A DNA stretch of 64,000 nucleotides, taken from contig OZ234494.1 of NCBI GenBank assembly GCA_965153455.1, forward strand, positions 3,038,001 through 3,102,000, read 5' to 3'. This DNA is from Sphagnum compactum (Eukaryota). The notes beneath the pieces were generated by a model. It searched no databases. It was not told where the DNA came from and saw only the letters and a list, made by a program, of their open reading frames with translations. Position numbers and translations under genes: made by a program. This document shows, in pieces, positions 13,510-26,582 of the stretch (the stretch's first letter is position 1; each line of letters begins with the position of its first letter).

Positions 13510-14025
13510 TTGTTGTGTTTGTTGTGTGTTGGCACTCAATTTGGAGAGGATTTGGGTTGTGGGTTTTGTGTGTGGACACTCTAAATTGAAAAGATTTGGG
13601 TTGTTGTTGTGTTTGTTGTGTGTTGGCACTCAATCAATTTGGAGAGGATTTGGGTTGTGGGTTTTGTGTGTGGACACTCTAAATTGAAAAGATTTGGGTT
13701 GTTGTTGTGTTTGTTGTGTGTTGGCACTCAATCAATTTGGAGAGGATTTGGGTTGTGGGTTTTGTGTGTGGACACTTAAATTGAGAAGGTTTGGGTTGTG
13801 CGGGGTTTTTTGTGTGTTTGCACTAAATTTTGAGAGGACTTGGGTTGTGGGCTTGTGTGTGGAACTAAACCAAGTACATTTGGGTTGTGGGTTTGTTGTG
13901 TGTTGGCACTACATTACATTTTGAGAGGATTTTGGGGTTGAGGGTTTGTGTTGTGTGTTGGAACTAAATTTTGAGAGCATTTGGGTTGTGGGTTTTGTGT
14001 TAAGCACTAAATTTTGAGAGGATCT
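13510..14025. repeat. GT-rich minisatellite, ~95-bp unit built from two ~47-bp subunits, decaying rightwards
   Basis: ggcactcaat at 13531, 13625 and 13723; recurring ttgagaggatttgggttgtgggtttt. Confidence 0.85.
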
Positions 14026-14291
14026 GGAGAGGGTTGGCTGATGACAAAGGGTTAAAAACCTCATAGCATCACAAATAACCCTAAAAAAAAGAAGGAGAAG
14101 AAGAGTCCAAACCTCTTTTTTTTATAACACCCTAATCTGTGAGTGACTCACAACTTGAGAATTGAAAAGCAAAACTACCCTCAAATGCACCATATATATA
14201 TAAGAGAATGTGGTCTTTTCCCACACAAAAAGCCATGATGGCTCACAACAAACAAACACATGTGTGTGAGGTTAGAGGGAGAGAGAGAGAG

Positions 14292-14331
<40 letters not shown>

Positions 14332-16864
14332 TTTTGGTTCTTTCAGAGCTCTCAAATATGTGCATTGTTTTCAAGCCCACAATAAATTTCAATGAACTAA
14401 TTTCTTCAAGAATGTGTTGTATTTCATTCAAAATTTGCAATTCTAGGTGTTTTTACAACTGCGATGACAAGAGGAGATGCTTTTCATGTGTAGATGAACT
14501 TAGTTGTATTAACTCTTTTTTTTTTTGTTTTGAGACGTCACCCCTACTTCAATATTGATAACTTCAACTTCAATTATTTGGGTTCTATGCTGCTTCACAC
14601 TACCATTGACAATCAACTCTATTTGTTTTGTTTTCTTATGTTTCCATATGGTTTTCAATAATTCATCATTATTTATATATCAATCTCAAATTTAACTTAA
14701 TTTGAATTAATATAAATATCATGGACATGCAAAGGCACATATTAAATTTTTATTATCCATGTTGGTGGGTAGAGGAAGGGAATGAGGTGGTCAGGCTTGA
14801 AAATGAAGTAGCTATGAATTGGTTGTGGAATTTGTGAATGGGTGACTGTTGTACGAAGGCTTATGCAAAATTCTCTTTATACTAGATTTGAGAAAACTCG
14901 TCCATTGAAATAAAGAACCTCATTGCATGTATTCGTAACAATGGATCAATTAAATTATAAGTGCCAAATGCTACTAGAATTGGCAAACTTGTCAATTGGA
15001 TTTGGACATTTAGCACCATGAGAAAAATTTTATTCTATGAAACCCTACCATGAAACTTTCAATGTAGCGTAACGCTTAAGGCCATGGGCATTTATCATGG
15101 TGTGGATAGGGTATTAATGAAAATTGGATCACAACTACAACTTACAAGAACATAGTTTATGAAAAGAAAATGTGCCCATATAGAATTCAGCTCTTATATA
15201 TCAAGTACTTAATTAGAGTGACCAAGGTTGAGGTGACAATATTGAGTATACATTTTCATAATTTTCATAATTGCAACTGCAATAACAAATTGCTATTTAT
15301 GTGTGCAAGTGATGGAATGGGATTCATGTAAATAATGTATTTGACAATCAAAACATAATGTAAAAGCTTTGTGAGAAATTTATGATATTCAACTCAAAAT
15401 GAACTTTTTTAACTTTAATAAAACCCATGTGAAAATGCATAAAATCTAGATAGATACTCATCAAATGCATCACAACATGTATCTTTAGCCAAGAATTTGT
15501 ATATACATTCACTATAGATTCATGAAAATAAACTAAGTTTATTCATTTCATTCTATTTGTTTGGTTTTCAACAACTTTTTTTGGATGAAGAAGCTAATGT
15601 TGTAATACTTACTATACATTACACATGTTTGGATTACTTTACCATGAGTGGCCATGAATGCCAAGTGACCAACCATTCCTCCTAATGTCAAATAATCGGT
15701 CATTCATTCGTTTGTATTTTGTTTGCAATATCGACTTCATGAATTGCAACTTTTGTTCCACCCTAATGTGTCTTCATGCTTCTATGTTTGACAATGACAC
15801 CTCCATTGCCAACCGTTTTCTATAATTGTTGTATGTATGAAGACTAACCTTAATTTCACTTGTGTTTTGGACCTTTGCTTGAACCTTCAAAGTTCACTCA
15901 AATTTTAAACCAATGATGAGCCTTGTGTCATTTTAAGAAATCACACATTGGACCCTCAAGTCTAGTAGAGCACAATCCCTACCAAAGAGCCTTCACCAAA
16001 TTGAGTTCAACAATTTCTAAAATGTAATATGTAACCATTTGAAAAGACCATGTTTTAGGCACAAGAAAAGTCTTCACATTGGATTTACTATCCACAACAA
16101 TATGGTGACAAATATATGGCCTTACATGTCACTAGCATTCTAAGTGCATGAGTGACGAGAAAATTCTCTTCCATTATGTGTGGATTTCTTATTCGGTGAT
16201 GGATGTTTGAACATTCAAATGCAAGATTATTTTTTGTTGCAAACCCCATTAAAGCAAGGGCAAGAATTTAAAAAAAGAAAAGAAAAAAGAAATTCAAAAG
16301 TGTCAAATACTGAATAAATAAGTTAGAATTGTTCACAGGAGTAAACATCCAATCCATGTGCAAAATGCTGAGAATTTGTTGTGTCTTGTGGAAAGGGTAA
16401 TTTTAGTTTCATCCATTTCTTGCAACTCTATGATGATCTACATTGAGTGAAGCAGGGCTTTTGTTTTTTTTTTTTTTTTTAAATCCAAAATTCCAATGTT
16501 GTGGAATTTAAATTTTGGAAAAAAAAAATTCCACCAGAAAAAAAACAAAGAGAAATAAGAGAAATTTACACTAGAAAAAAAAAAGTCTCCTTTTTTGGTC
16601 AGAAAAAAATCATTGAAATGGAGTCAATCTCTCTCAAACTTGATGACAAACATCAATGCATCTCATGGGGTTTTTGCTATAAGCTGTACAATGATGCCCA
16701 TTGCTAACTCCAAGCTGAAGTCAATGAAGTTCAATGAGTTGATAAACCCTGGGGTGGCACAGCCTTTGCTCAGCTTTGCATGAAACGAGATGGATGACGG
16801 ACGGATGGATGGAAAGCTTCATTTCATCCCGACGTCCTTTACTATATGTAATGATTCCAATCTG

Positions 16865-19800
16865 AAAACAAAGGGGTGTGTCAATTACACTGCAGCCTTG
16901 CCATTTACATGAAAAAAAGTATGTATCTTAAGGCAAAAGAAGAATTATGGAAACTCAAATATTTATTTCACCATGCCAAAATATAATCTTCAAAAATTTC
17001 TCTAAAAAAAAACCAAATCCTTCAAGATATTCTAACCCTATAAGTAATCTCAAGTTTCAACACAAGGCAAAATATCATCTTTCAAAAATCCTCATATAAA
17101 AATTAGACCTATTATTATCTAGGGGCGAAAATCCCTTAAGCTACCATACTCTATAATGAATCTAAACACAATATCCTCGCCTTGGTAGGCAAGGCCAACA
17201 AAAAGAAAGGAGGAATTGGGAGTGAATGAATTTTGTTGGGAATAGTTTCTCTTTTGCATAGCCTAACTTACTACATGTGGTTAGAGTAACCAAAAAGGCA
17301 ACCCACCAGCATACCTTGAGAGATGGATGAATAAATAGGTGGACAGGAAACACACTTTTTTCATTGGGGTTTTCAATTCCCAGGGTTTAGGGTTTGCTGT
17401 TTTGACTACAAACCTAATGAACAACACACTAGTAACTATCTCTTACTACCTACCTTACACACAAACCCATCCCACATGCATCCTAAGAAGCTCTGACCTA
17501 CCTACTTTTCAGTGGATATATTGCCAAAGGTGAAAAATGAGTCAAATGTTTGATTTTACAGTTGAGTCAGAACAGACTTCCCAATTGGAATGTTAAAAAT
17601 TTTCATTCCCAGTTACACGTTTGATGCCCTATTATGCCGAAACTGGCCCATTCTGTTATGACTCAACTGAATGTGCTGCTGGCTCTGGGTTCACTCTAGC
17701 CACTAGGTTGTCAACTTGTCAGGTGTTTTCTCTGCAGATTGTTCTTTTTTTTCTTTTTCTTTTTTTTTTGCTAGTACCAAAGTGTTGTACTGGTATTGAC
17801 TTTGGAACATATCAGACTGTTTATCCATATGGGGTTTTTATGATCACACTTGGCCTTGTACTGGTATTGGGTACCCTTCTTTTCAAAAGACTTTCATACC
17901 AGTCTGGTGGTACTGAAAAAAATATATATATATTTGGGCAGGGAGGATGTGGTTTTGGTTCATCCCCAAAACGGCTTCAATGGCCTCATCCTCAACTGGT
18001 GCATTGGTGGCTGTTGGTTCACTCCAGCCCTGGTATTAGGGTTTAAGGCTGCTGATTTTTGTCTGGTATATAAACCTTGCTGGTATGTTCTTCTTCTTCT
18101 TCTTCAATATCACGGACTCATACCGATATCAAATACCCAGCTGCTTGCATCCTATGCATTGGTACAACACTTTGTTTTTGCAACCCAATTCGTTCGTTCG
18201 TTCGTTCGTTCATTCATTCATTCATTCATTCATTCATTCGTTCATCCATGCATTCATTATGTACATGTTTTTTTATGTGTGTGTGACTTTGTCGGTTTTC
18301 CCATGGCATCAATCTAAGCAGACTTTCGAATCCTTAATTGACAGCACTTAGTTTTCTGGATTTTTTAATATAATTTTATTTCATAGATCATAAAAAATTG
18401 TATGAATTTGTGCAGTGGATTTTTTTATAATCACGTAAATATATATTATGTGAAAATTATATGCATGTTCACATGTTTTGAAAACTTGGGTTCAAAAATT
18501 GGAGAGGAGTATGGGTCTTGAAACTCATACTATATAAAAACAACAGCTGCAAATGATTTTCTTTTCTTTTCTTTGCTTGAAAATTTGACGTATGACCCCC
18601 CCCTCCCCCCCCTTGACCCCCCCCCCAAAAAAACAAGGGGGGTGTGTCACACACTATGGCCTTGCCATTTACATGAAAAACTATCTTAATGCAAAAGAAA
18701 AATTATGGAAACTCAAATAGTTTCACCACACAAAAATAATAATTATATATATATATATATATATAATCTTCAAAAAATCCTCTAAAAGAAACCAAAATCC
18801 TTCACGATATTATAAACTCTATAATAACTAATCTCAAGTTTCAACACAATAGCCCAAAAAATATCTATCATCTTTCAAAAATCCTCATTAAAAAATAGAC
18901 CTATTATTATATTATTACATAGTAGGGGCCTATAAAAATCCCTTAAGCCACTACTATACTCTATACTCTATAATGAATCTAAACACAATATCCTTCTTGC
19001 CTTGGTAGGCAAGGCAAAAAGCCAATAAAACTTGTTTTAGTAGGCTAGTAGTAGTTGCTCTGCCATAGCCTGCTCCCATTGCCCAGGGTGGTGACAGAAA
19101 CTACTACGACAATCATAGTAGAACTTCAGAGTACTCATGTTTTTCAACCTTCTCAAACTCTCTTCTAGTAAAAACTAAAGTTGTAAAGTTGTAACCACTC
19201 TTCCCAGCCTCCACAGCCCACCTGAGTCAGGAGGACTTGCTGCCTGCCATCTTTCTTTGTCTGCCCAATCAATGCTCTCTCTCTCTCTCTCAGTGTAGGT
19301 GATCAAGGAGTGAGAGAGAGAGAGAGTGCATTCATTGTCCAAGCTAGCCAAACATTTGCAGCATTTTACAATCAAATTCACAAGGGAAATTCAGATTTGG
19401 AGAGGACTACTTTTGTACCTGCCACTAAGGTAATAAGAACAAAAACCCACCCTCCTTGCACCCACCACTAATGCCTCCACCCACACATATCCCCAAAAAC
19501 AAGTGCTTAATAAAAAGTATCCAAAAATCATCCTAATTATATATATATATATATATATTAGGCTATGCCTTTGCACAAATGGTAAAACAAAGGGGGTGTG
19601 TCACACAATTGTGGCCTTGCCATTTACATTATTTAACAAGTATCTTAAGGCAAAAAGAAGAATTATGGAAACTCAAATTATTTCATCATGCCAAATTATA
19701 ATCTTCAAAAAACCCCTCTGTAATAAGAAGCCAAAATCCTTCAAGATAATATAACTCTATAACTAATCTTAAGTTTCAACACACCAAAATATCATATTTC

Positions 19801-19925
19801 AAAAATCCTCATATAAAAATAGACCTAATATTACCTATAGGTGGCCAAAATCCATTAAGCTACTATATACTCTATATTGAATCTAAACACAATAACCTTA
19901 AGGGCCTTGGTAGGCAAGGCCAAAC
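16865..19925. repeat. Three direct copies of a ~350-bp non-coding block (16865-17200, 18632-19015, 19583-19925)
   Basis: Each copy runs aaacaa.gggg.tgtgtca...gccttgccatttacat...attatggaaactcaaat...gaatctaaacacaata...gccttggtaggcaaggc. Confidence 0.9.
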
Positions 19926-20265
19926 ACCTCCACAAAATTTCCTAGTCTATTTATAAACCTGGGGTACATATGAATATCTTCCAATTAATAAGATTGTGAA
20001 TGATTCCCAAGATTTTTTTTTTTAAATTTTTTTTTAAGATTTAGATTTAGATTTTTTTTTTGGTAATGAGCCATTTTAATTGGACCATTAATATATTTAA
20101 AAACATGGAGGGTAAACCTTCTCAAACTCTCTAGTGAAAACTAATCCCCTCTTTTAGTGGTATCTGCAAACTGATGATGAGATTTTTATTAAATCTCAGT
20201 ATGAAATGTCGAAAATCAGCATTTAATGCACAAGGTTCAAGACTAATTATAGTAGAGTTGCACAA

Positions 20266-20654
20266 GTAAGAGCAGAGTGAAAATTATATGCAGCAGGAGT
20301 GGAGGCGCCCAGAAAAAGAAAAAGGGAAAGACAGGGATGAAACTCAGTTCACCACCAAAAAAATTGGTGGAAAAACTAGTTTGGGGTCCCAGTTATTTCG
20401 CTTTGTAAAATTTTCATTCCCAGTTACACGTTTGATTGATGATGCCCTACTCTGCTGAAACTGAGTAAGAGCAGAGTGAAAATATATGTAGCAGGAGTGG
20501 AGGCGCCCAGAAGAAAAAGGGCACTTAGACAGGGATGAAACTCAGTTCACCACCAAAATTGGTGGAAAAACTAGTTTGGGGTCCCAGTTATTTCGCTTTG
20601 TAAAATTTTCATTCCCAGTTACACGTTTGATGATGCCCTACTATGCTGAAACTG
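20266..20654. repeat. Near-identical tandem duplication of ~195 bp
   Basis: gtaagagcagagtgaaa...ggaggcgcccag...ccagttacacgtttga...tgctgaaactg occurs twice; a partial third copy lies at ~17596-17646. Confidence 0.9.
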
Positions 20655-21884
20655 GTCGTTCTCGCTCCCTAATAATCGTGAGACTTTACAGATAACTCTA
20701 ATATATTATGATACTTGGATGGAGATTTTTTCAACTCTTTTTGCATCAGATTTATTTCAAGTGACCAAAAACCAACCAATGTAGTATAAAATTGTTTAGA
20801 AACAATTCTCACTAGACTAGACCAATTCGTTGCAGCTGGCTGATGAATGAATGAATGAATGAATGAATGCTCTGCAAAACCCTGACTTAATTTAATGCCC
20901 ATCAGTTGAATCCAGTTCTGCACTAAATGACCCACTGTGCCCATGTCTTTTATCAACAAAAAGGTCTGCCAACAAGCTGCACACTCTACCTATTCATCTC
21001 TGTTGCAGTTTGTAACTAGACCCAACTGACTCCTCCTGAGGTTTAGGGTTTAGGGTTTTCTGAATTTTCCTTAAGAGTTCAGTCTGTTTATTTTTTGGGT
21101 TTTTGGGTTCTTCAATTTGAGCATGCCCCCTTAAACCCCCTTAAATTTGAGCATGGATTTTGGGGGGTTTTAACCATGGTAACTTGTTTGTGAGTTTTAC
21201 ATGTCAACCAACAACATGAGGAGTTGTCATATTAAGTAAGTTTTAGTGTGTCATGTTTTGCCTAGTCCACCATATTGGGGTAACATGCCACATTGCAGCA
21301 AACTGAAATGAAATGGGGCCCTTTTTATTCTGTTTCAGACACACTCTTTTGTCTTGTAATGAACCAATTAATTAATTAATTAGGGTTTCTGGGCTTGTAT
21401 GTACTACTAAGAAGGTTGACTTAGTTTCTCTTTCTGGCCAAAACAATAATTTGTCAGGCTTCCAGGCTAAACAAAACACTTGGTAGAATTTGGAAGCAAA
21501 AAAAATGATAGCCAAGGGGAGTGAAATGAGTGAGTGATCATGGTTAACCTCCTTTGTAAGAGTGAGTGATCATGGTTAACCTCTCTTGTTGGGGTATATA
21601 GCCTAGTATATAGGCTAGGAGGAGATTTGACTTTGCATAGAGTAACCTTTGTCAGGCTAGGGTTTAGGGTTTAGGGTTTAGTCCCCATTGCATAATATAT
21701 TATTGCCTTTGTAGTATGTTTTAGTATGTTACTAATCAATTAGCCTCTCTTTTGTGTGTGTGTGTGTGTGTGAAATTTTACACTATTGTGAATATTTTTT
21801 AAAAATTATTCAGTCACAAATTCAATGGGCTTTTTGGAGGAAATTTTTTTTGACAAAACCTTTTTAGAAACTTCAATTTTTTTT

Positions 21885-22395
21885 TTGCCATATTTCTATG
21901 CATGGTCCAAGTTGGTCACCAAAATTATATGAGGATGTTTTTTTTTTTTTTTTTTTTTTCATATTTTGTTAATAGGCAAATTTGCCTATTGCCATATTTC
22001 TATGCATGGTCCAAGTTGGTCACCAAAATTATATGAAGATGTTTTTTTTTTTTGTCTTTTCATATTTTGTTGATTGTCAAATTTGCCTATTGGCATATTT
22101 CTATGCATGGTCCAAGTTGGTCACTAAAATTATATGAAGATGTTTTCTTTTCTTTTTTTTCATATTTTGTTAATATTCAAATTTGCCTATTGCCATATTT
22201 CTATGCATGGTCCAAGTTGGTCACCAAAATTATATGAGGATGTTTTTTTCTTTTCTTTTTTTCATATTTTGTTAATAGTCAAATTTGCCTATTGCCATAT
22301 TTCTATGCTTGGTCCAAGTTGGTCGCCAAAATTATATGAGGATGTTTTTTTTTTTTCATATTTTGTTAATAGTCAAATTTGGCTAAATTCATTTA
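21885..22395. repeat. Tandem array, five ~102-bp units
   Basis: The unit ttgccatatttctatgcatggtccaagttggtcaccaaaattatatg...catattttgttaatagtcaaatttgccta starts at ~21885, 21989, 22090, 22191 and 22292. Confidence 0.92.
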
Positions 22396-25300
22396 TAATG
22401 GATTATCACCACCTTCACTACATTAATTTCTTTTCCTTTCATTTTTAATAGCCTAATTTGGCTAAACTTGGATTATGTATGACTGCCACCTCTATATTAC
22501 AACACCCCAGAAAAAATAATGATAATATATTTTTTTTATTTTATTTTTAAAAGGTAAATACCATTAAGTATTTTTTCTTCAAAATTGTGAAGGATCATAA
22601 AAAAACATAATCATACTTCTATATTGTTGGTTACCTACTTGAACCTATAAGACAACCCTGCGTTGGCTAAAAGATTTAGCCAACTCGGGGTTCAACTTGA
22701 AACTAGATGTGAAATTTTAAAAATTTAATCATCCCTTTATATTTTTTTGTTACACACTAAAAATCAATTGTAGAAATATGACTATTGTTATTACTTTCTT
22801 TTTTCCACTTTTGGCAATTGAAACTTCCAAATACTTGAATTTCATTTTTTTAAATTTCTTTTTTGTGAAATATTTCCAACAAAAAAAAGGTTGAATGGCA
22901 AATTGGGAAGATAGGATGGGGAGTAGATCAATAAAAAGTAGAGAAATAATGGGGATAAAATGGTTTTTGGGCAATTGTCTTTCTAACCTTTCTAAAGCTT
23001 GAACATTGAAATTATTAACCTTATGATTCTAATTTTGATGGTGAAAAAGTAAAATAATGGGGAAAGAGGTTGTGGGAATGCCTTGGGTGAACTAGCACTC
23101 ACATTAATATGATGATAAAAATCCCAAAATTCATTTAAATTATTCATCCCAAACACCCGATGCCTAAACTAAATCAAGGTCTTTGAGTTCAAATCTAACA
23201 ATGTTTTTGGGTGTAATATGGCCACCAAGAGGTCTCACTCAAAAAGGTTAAGGTACCAATGAGGGTGGTGCTTCACCATAGCCATTGTGGGCATGCCAAG
23301 AGTCAAGAGATTAGATGTTGTGATGATGTGATATTCTCCTCTTATTGATGGTTAGTGTGAAAGAATTGCCTAGATGTAAGAAGGAAATTGGTATGAGATT
23401 TGGTAAGAGAGAATTAAACATAGTTATGGTGAAGCCTAGACCCTTAGGCTGGTGGGAAGGACTTGGAATTTAACTTGTTTTACAAAGCAAAACCTTGAAG
23501 GAAATGCATCACATTCTTTGTTCTATCCCTTTAGTTTGATAATGAGGGATTTAGTAAAAAAACGTACACACATAAACATAGGCTTTTCATGGATCGTGAA
23601 AGAAAGAGTGGGGAAGTAATAGTCATGAAATCTTAATTTGAGAAATGTTTCTAGCGAAGTGGTTTATGTGTTAAGAAAATAATCGTTTTTTTATTATGAT
23701 TAGGTTAGGAATTGAATCTCTAGTTCTGAAATAAATCATAAGTTAGCACCCATTCAATAGATAGCAAATAGCACATGAACATTCCAACTCCTAGCTTGTC
23801 ATACTTGCATTTAATGAAACGTATGCCCATGATCACGTATACTCTAAATCAAAGATAAGAGGGTGAAAGAAAACCCCATAAAATAGCCAAACTTTAACCC
23901 ATACCGACCCAAAATTGGGCATGGATGAGCCAACACCTACATTGATCTCTTCAACTTCTTTGGCCAAATTTCTTAGTGACTACGTTTACCCAAAGAGATG
24001 TTAAATTTTTTGGACTAGAGACTTTGATTCACCTAAGGATGGGATGTTTCTAATGTCTAAAACTTAGAATCAACCAAAACAAACTTAGGGTTTTAACCAT
24101 GGTGTTGGGTAAGTGTTGGTTCAACTTGGTCCCTAGCTATTGGTCCAAATTAAGTTCCACTATGTTAACCTTCACATTTACCATCAACATTACCTAGTTT
24201 TTAAGATCTTATATTTTGTATCTGAAATCTTTTTGTGGCCTACAAGCCCTCTATCTTGAAGTGTAGGCCAATTTGTTGGGTATATAAGCATGTGTTGCAT
24301 GGGTTAATTTGTTTTCATTTGACAACTATACTTCCCACATGGGATGTGCTAGAAGTATTCAAATAAACCACCTTTGAAGGCCAAAATGGGACATTTGAAG
24401 TGGCTTTTCATACATGTCGTCAACTTATCATGATGGCATTTGAATCCTTAACCATTTTGGGGTTCACAATTTTCCATCAATGATAATATCCTCTCTCACC
24501 CCCATAAAAGTTCTAGGCCTTGCTTTTTGTTTTGAAATATCTTTGCATAATTTTGTTGTTTAAATACAAGTCATGCACATATGTTTTGAATAACATTATG
24601 TCTTTTAAACATCGTGTATGTTGAGTAACAAGACGATAGGCATGGAGTTAACGTGCAAGATCAACTTTGCAAGGTTTGTTAATGACCAAACATGTTCCAA
24701 CAAATTGTAGCAAAAGTTTAATGTCTTCACATTGACATGGCCCTACATGGCCTTATGTAATGCATATGGTTTGTTCAAATGAATGTGTTATCAAACATGT
24801 TATCAAGCAAGAAAGTTTCAACCTTGTTGATTTTCAAAATTTGTAAATGGTAGAAATATGGAGAAGGGATTAAGAAATTGAAATCATGAAATAGTCTGAA
24901 TTGAAAGTTGCTCCACTAACCTCAACATCACAAAAAGTGTCAATTATAGGTGAATAACTTCAATGTGGTGTATGGTCATTACATCAAATGTACAAATGTC
25001 AAAACTTGATTTGGTTTAAATGTTGCATAGTTTTGCATTTATGCATATTAAGTTATTGATAGAGCTATTCATGAGCAAGGTTAGATGGACCTTGAATAAA
25101 ACAAAAAATATATTAAAATATTATGACAATATAAATTCTAAGGGTAACATTAGTTAATTTTATGGTGAAGGCTTTTGGATTTGAACTACCTATATACGAT
25201 GAGGTTGATCGAAGATATGGCCAATTTCCTTCATCAAGGGTTACTTGTTGTTATCAATTAATGTTGCAACCCAAAGTGAATGGTGCAAGTGATTTGGAAG

Positions 25301-26582
25301 GGGGTTGGAGATGTTCATGCTAAACATGACTCTTGTCATTTCATGCATGGGTGTTGATGCAAACGTAATTTAACCAACTTGTTCAAGTTTTTTGATAGTT
25401 GTATGAATGTTTGCAACTAGGATAGGACACAAACTACCAAAAATCGTTATGAACACAAATCACACTTTGAAAAAGAAAAAGAGATTATGACCAAATCAAT
25501 AGAATAACATAAAACTAAAAATTTCCCAATAATCAAGAAAGTTGAATCATGTGCTCAAAAAAGTTAAGTATCTTGGGGATTATGAACTCCAACCGTAACA
25601 AACAAAAAGCATTTTTTTGATTTTCAAAATGGAACTTTCAAAAAATTTAAAAATTTGTCATTTCTTTCAATGAAAGGGTCATTAGGTTTTATTATAATAT
25701 ATTATGTAGAGGAATAGTTTCTCCTCCAAGGGTTCAAGTTATGTTGAACTTTTTGCGTGGTATCAACTATATTATGCACCTTGTTTGGCTCTTTTGTGTA
25801 GTTTAGGTGATTAATGGTTGTATTTGAAATGTGTCACTTGGTCCTTGGAGCTTCCCCCTTTCGCCATGTTGCATGTCACATGGCAGTGGTGGTAGTTTTT
25901 TATTTTAATAATAACTCCTTATCTATATTTATATAATTTATGTTTGGGTTTGTGAGTGTAAGGCTAATTACTTTCCTTTTTTAATTAGAACTTTTGCAAA
26001 GTTTCAAGGTGTATTGCCCCGAATCATCTAACAATAGGGTTTTGATGCACCTCCAATTATTAAATTATACTTCTAGTTTGTAACTCTTGAGTATGTCAAG
26101 GGCTTGATCTTTAGACTTAAAGATAATCGATCATGATTTTTTGTTGATCTTTTGTATATGTGATTAATTAACATATTCCTTTAATGTGTGAATTTTTTGG
26201 TGAACATAGATATCACTATGGATGAAATATCCATTTCAATGTTATTATTCCCCTTCTTTTAATGTTTAGGAGTTTTTTTCAAGTTTGAAGCAAGTTTACA
26301 TTAATGGTTTGACTTTGTAGCTTACGTACTTTTATGTGTAAATAAATGGACAAGAGATTTGTTTGGACCTATGGGCACTAGATTATTGGTTTTTTTATTG
26401 GATTTTTTTTTTCATTTTTTAACTTGAAAATCTGATTTTGACATATATGAAAGATCCTTGTGAAAAAATGGCCTTATTTCACCGTATTTGGAAAGAAAGA
26501 ATCACCATAATTGCACAAGAAATTCCATAAGATAGCCAAAATAGAAAAGGATTATTAAATTTACCCTAATAATTGGTCCATT

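Noticed and set aside
15000-16250. Possible SWIM/MULE transposase remnant
   Set aside because: Too degenerate to reconstruct a convincing motif by eye.
17621-18351. Overlapping 141-155-aa ORFs
   Set aside because: Non-ATG starts, TTCG/TTCA microsatellite content and no homology cues.
21657-21681. TTTAGGG repeats as a telomere or chromosome fusion site (also near 21040 and 55330)
   Set aside because: Only 2-3 units each, which is ordinary interstitial telo-box-like sequence.
21885-22395. Regular array as a possible CRISPR-like locus (the 231-bp array at 50857-52465 was considered too)
   Set aside because: Whole units are repeated with no unique spacers, the context is eukaryotic and there are no cas genes.
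23000-26100. Possible ancient LTR or other transposon debris
   Set aside because: No boundaries, TSDs or translatable motifs could be established.
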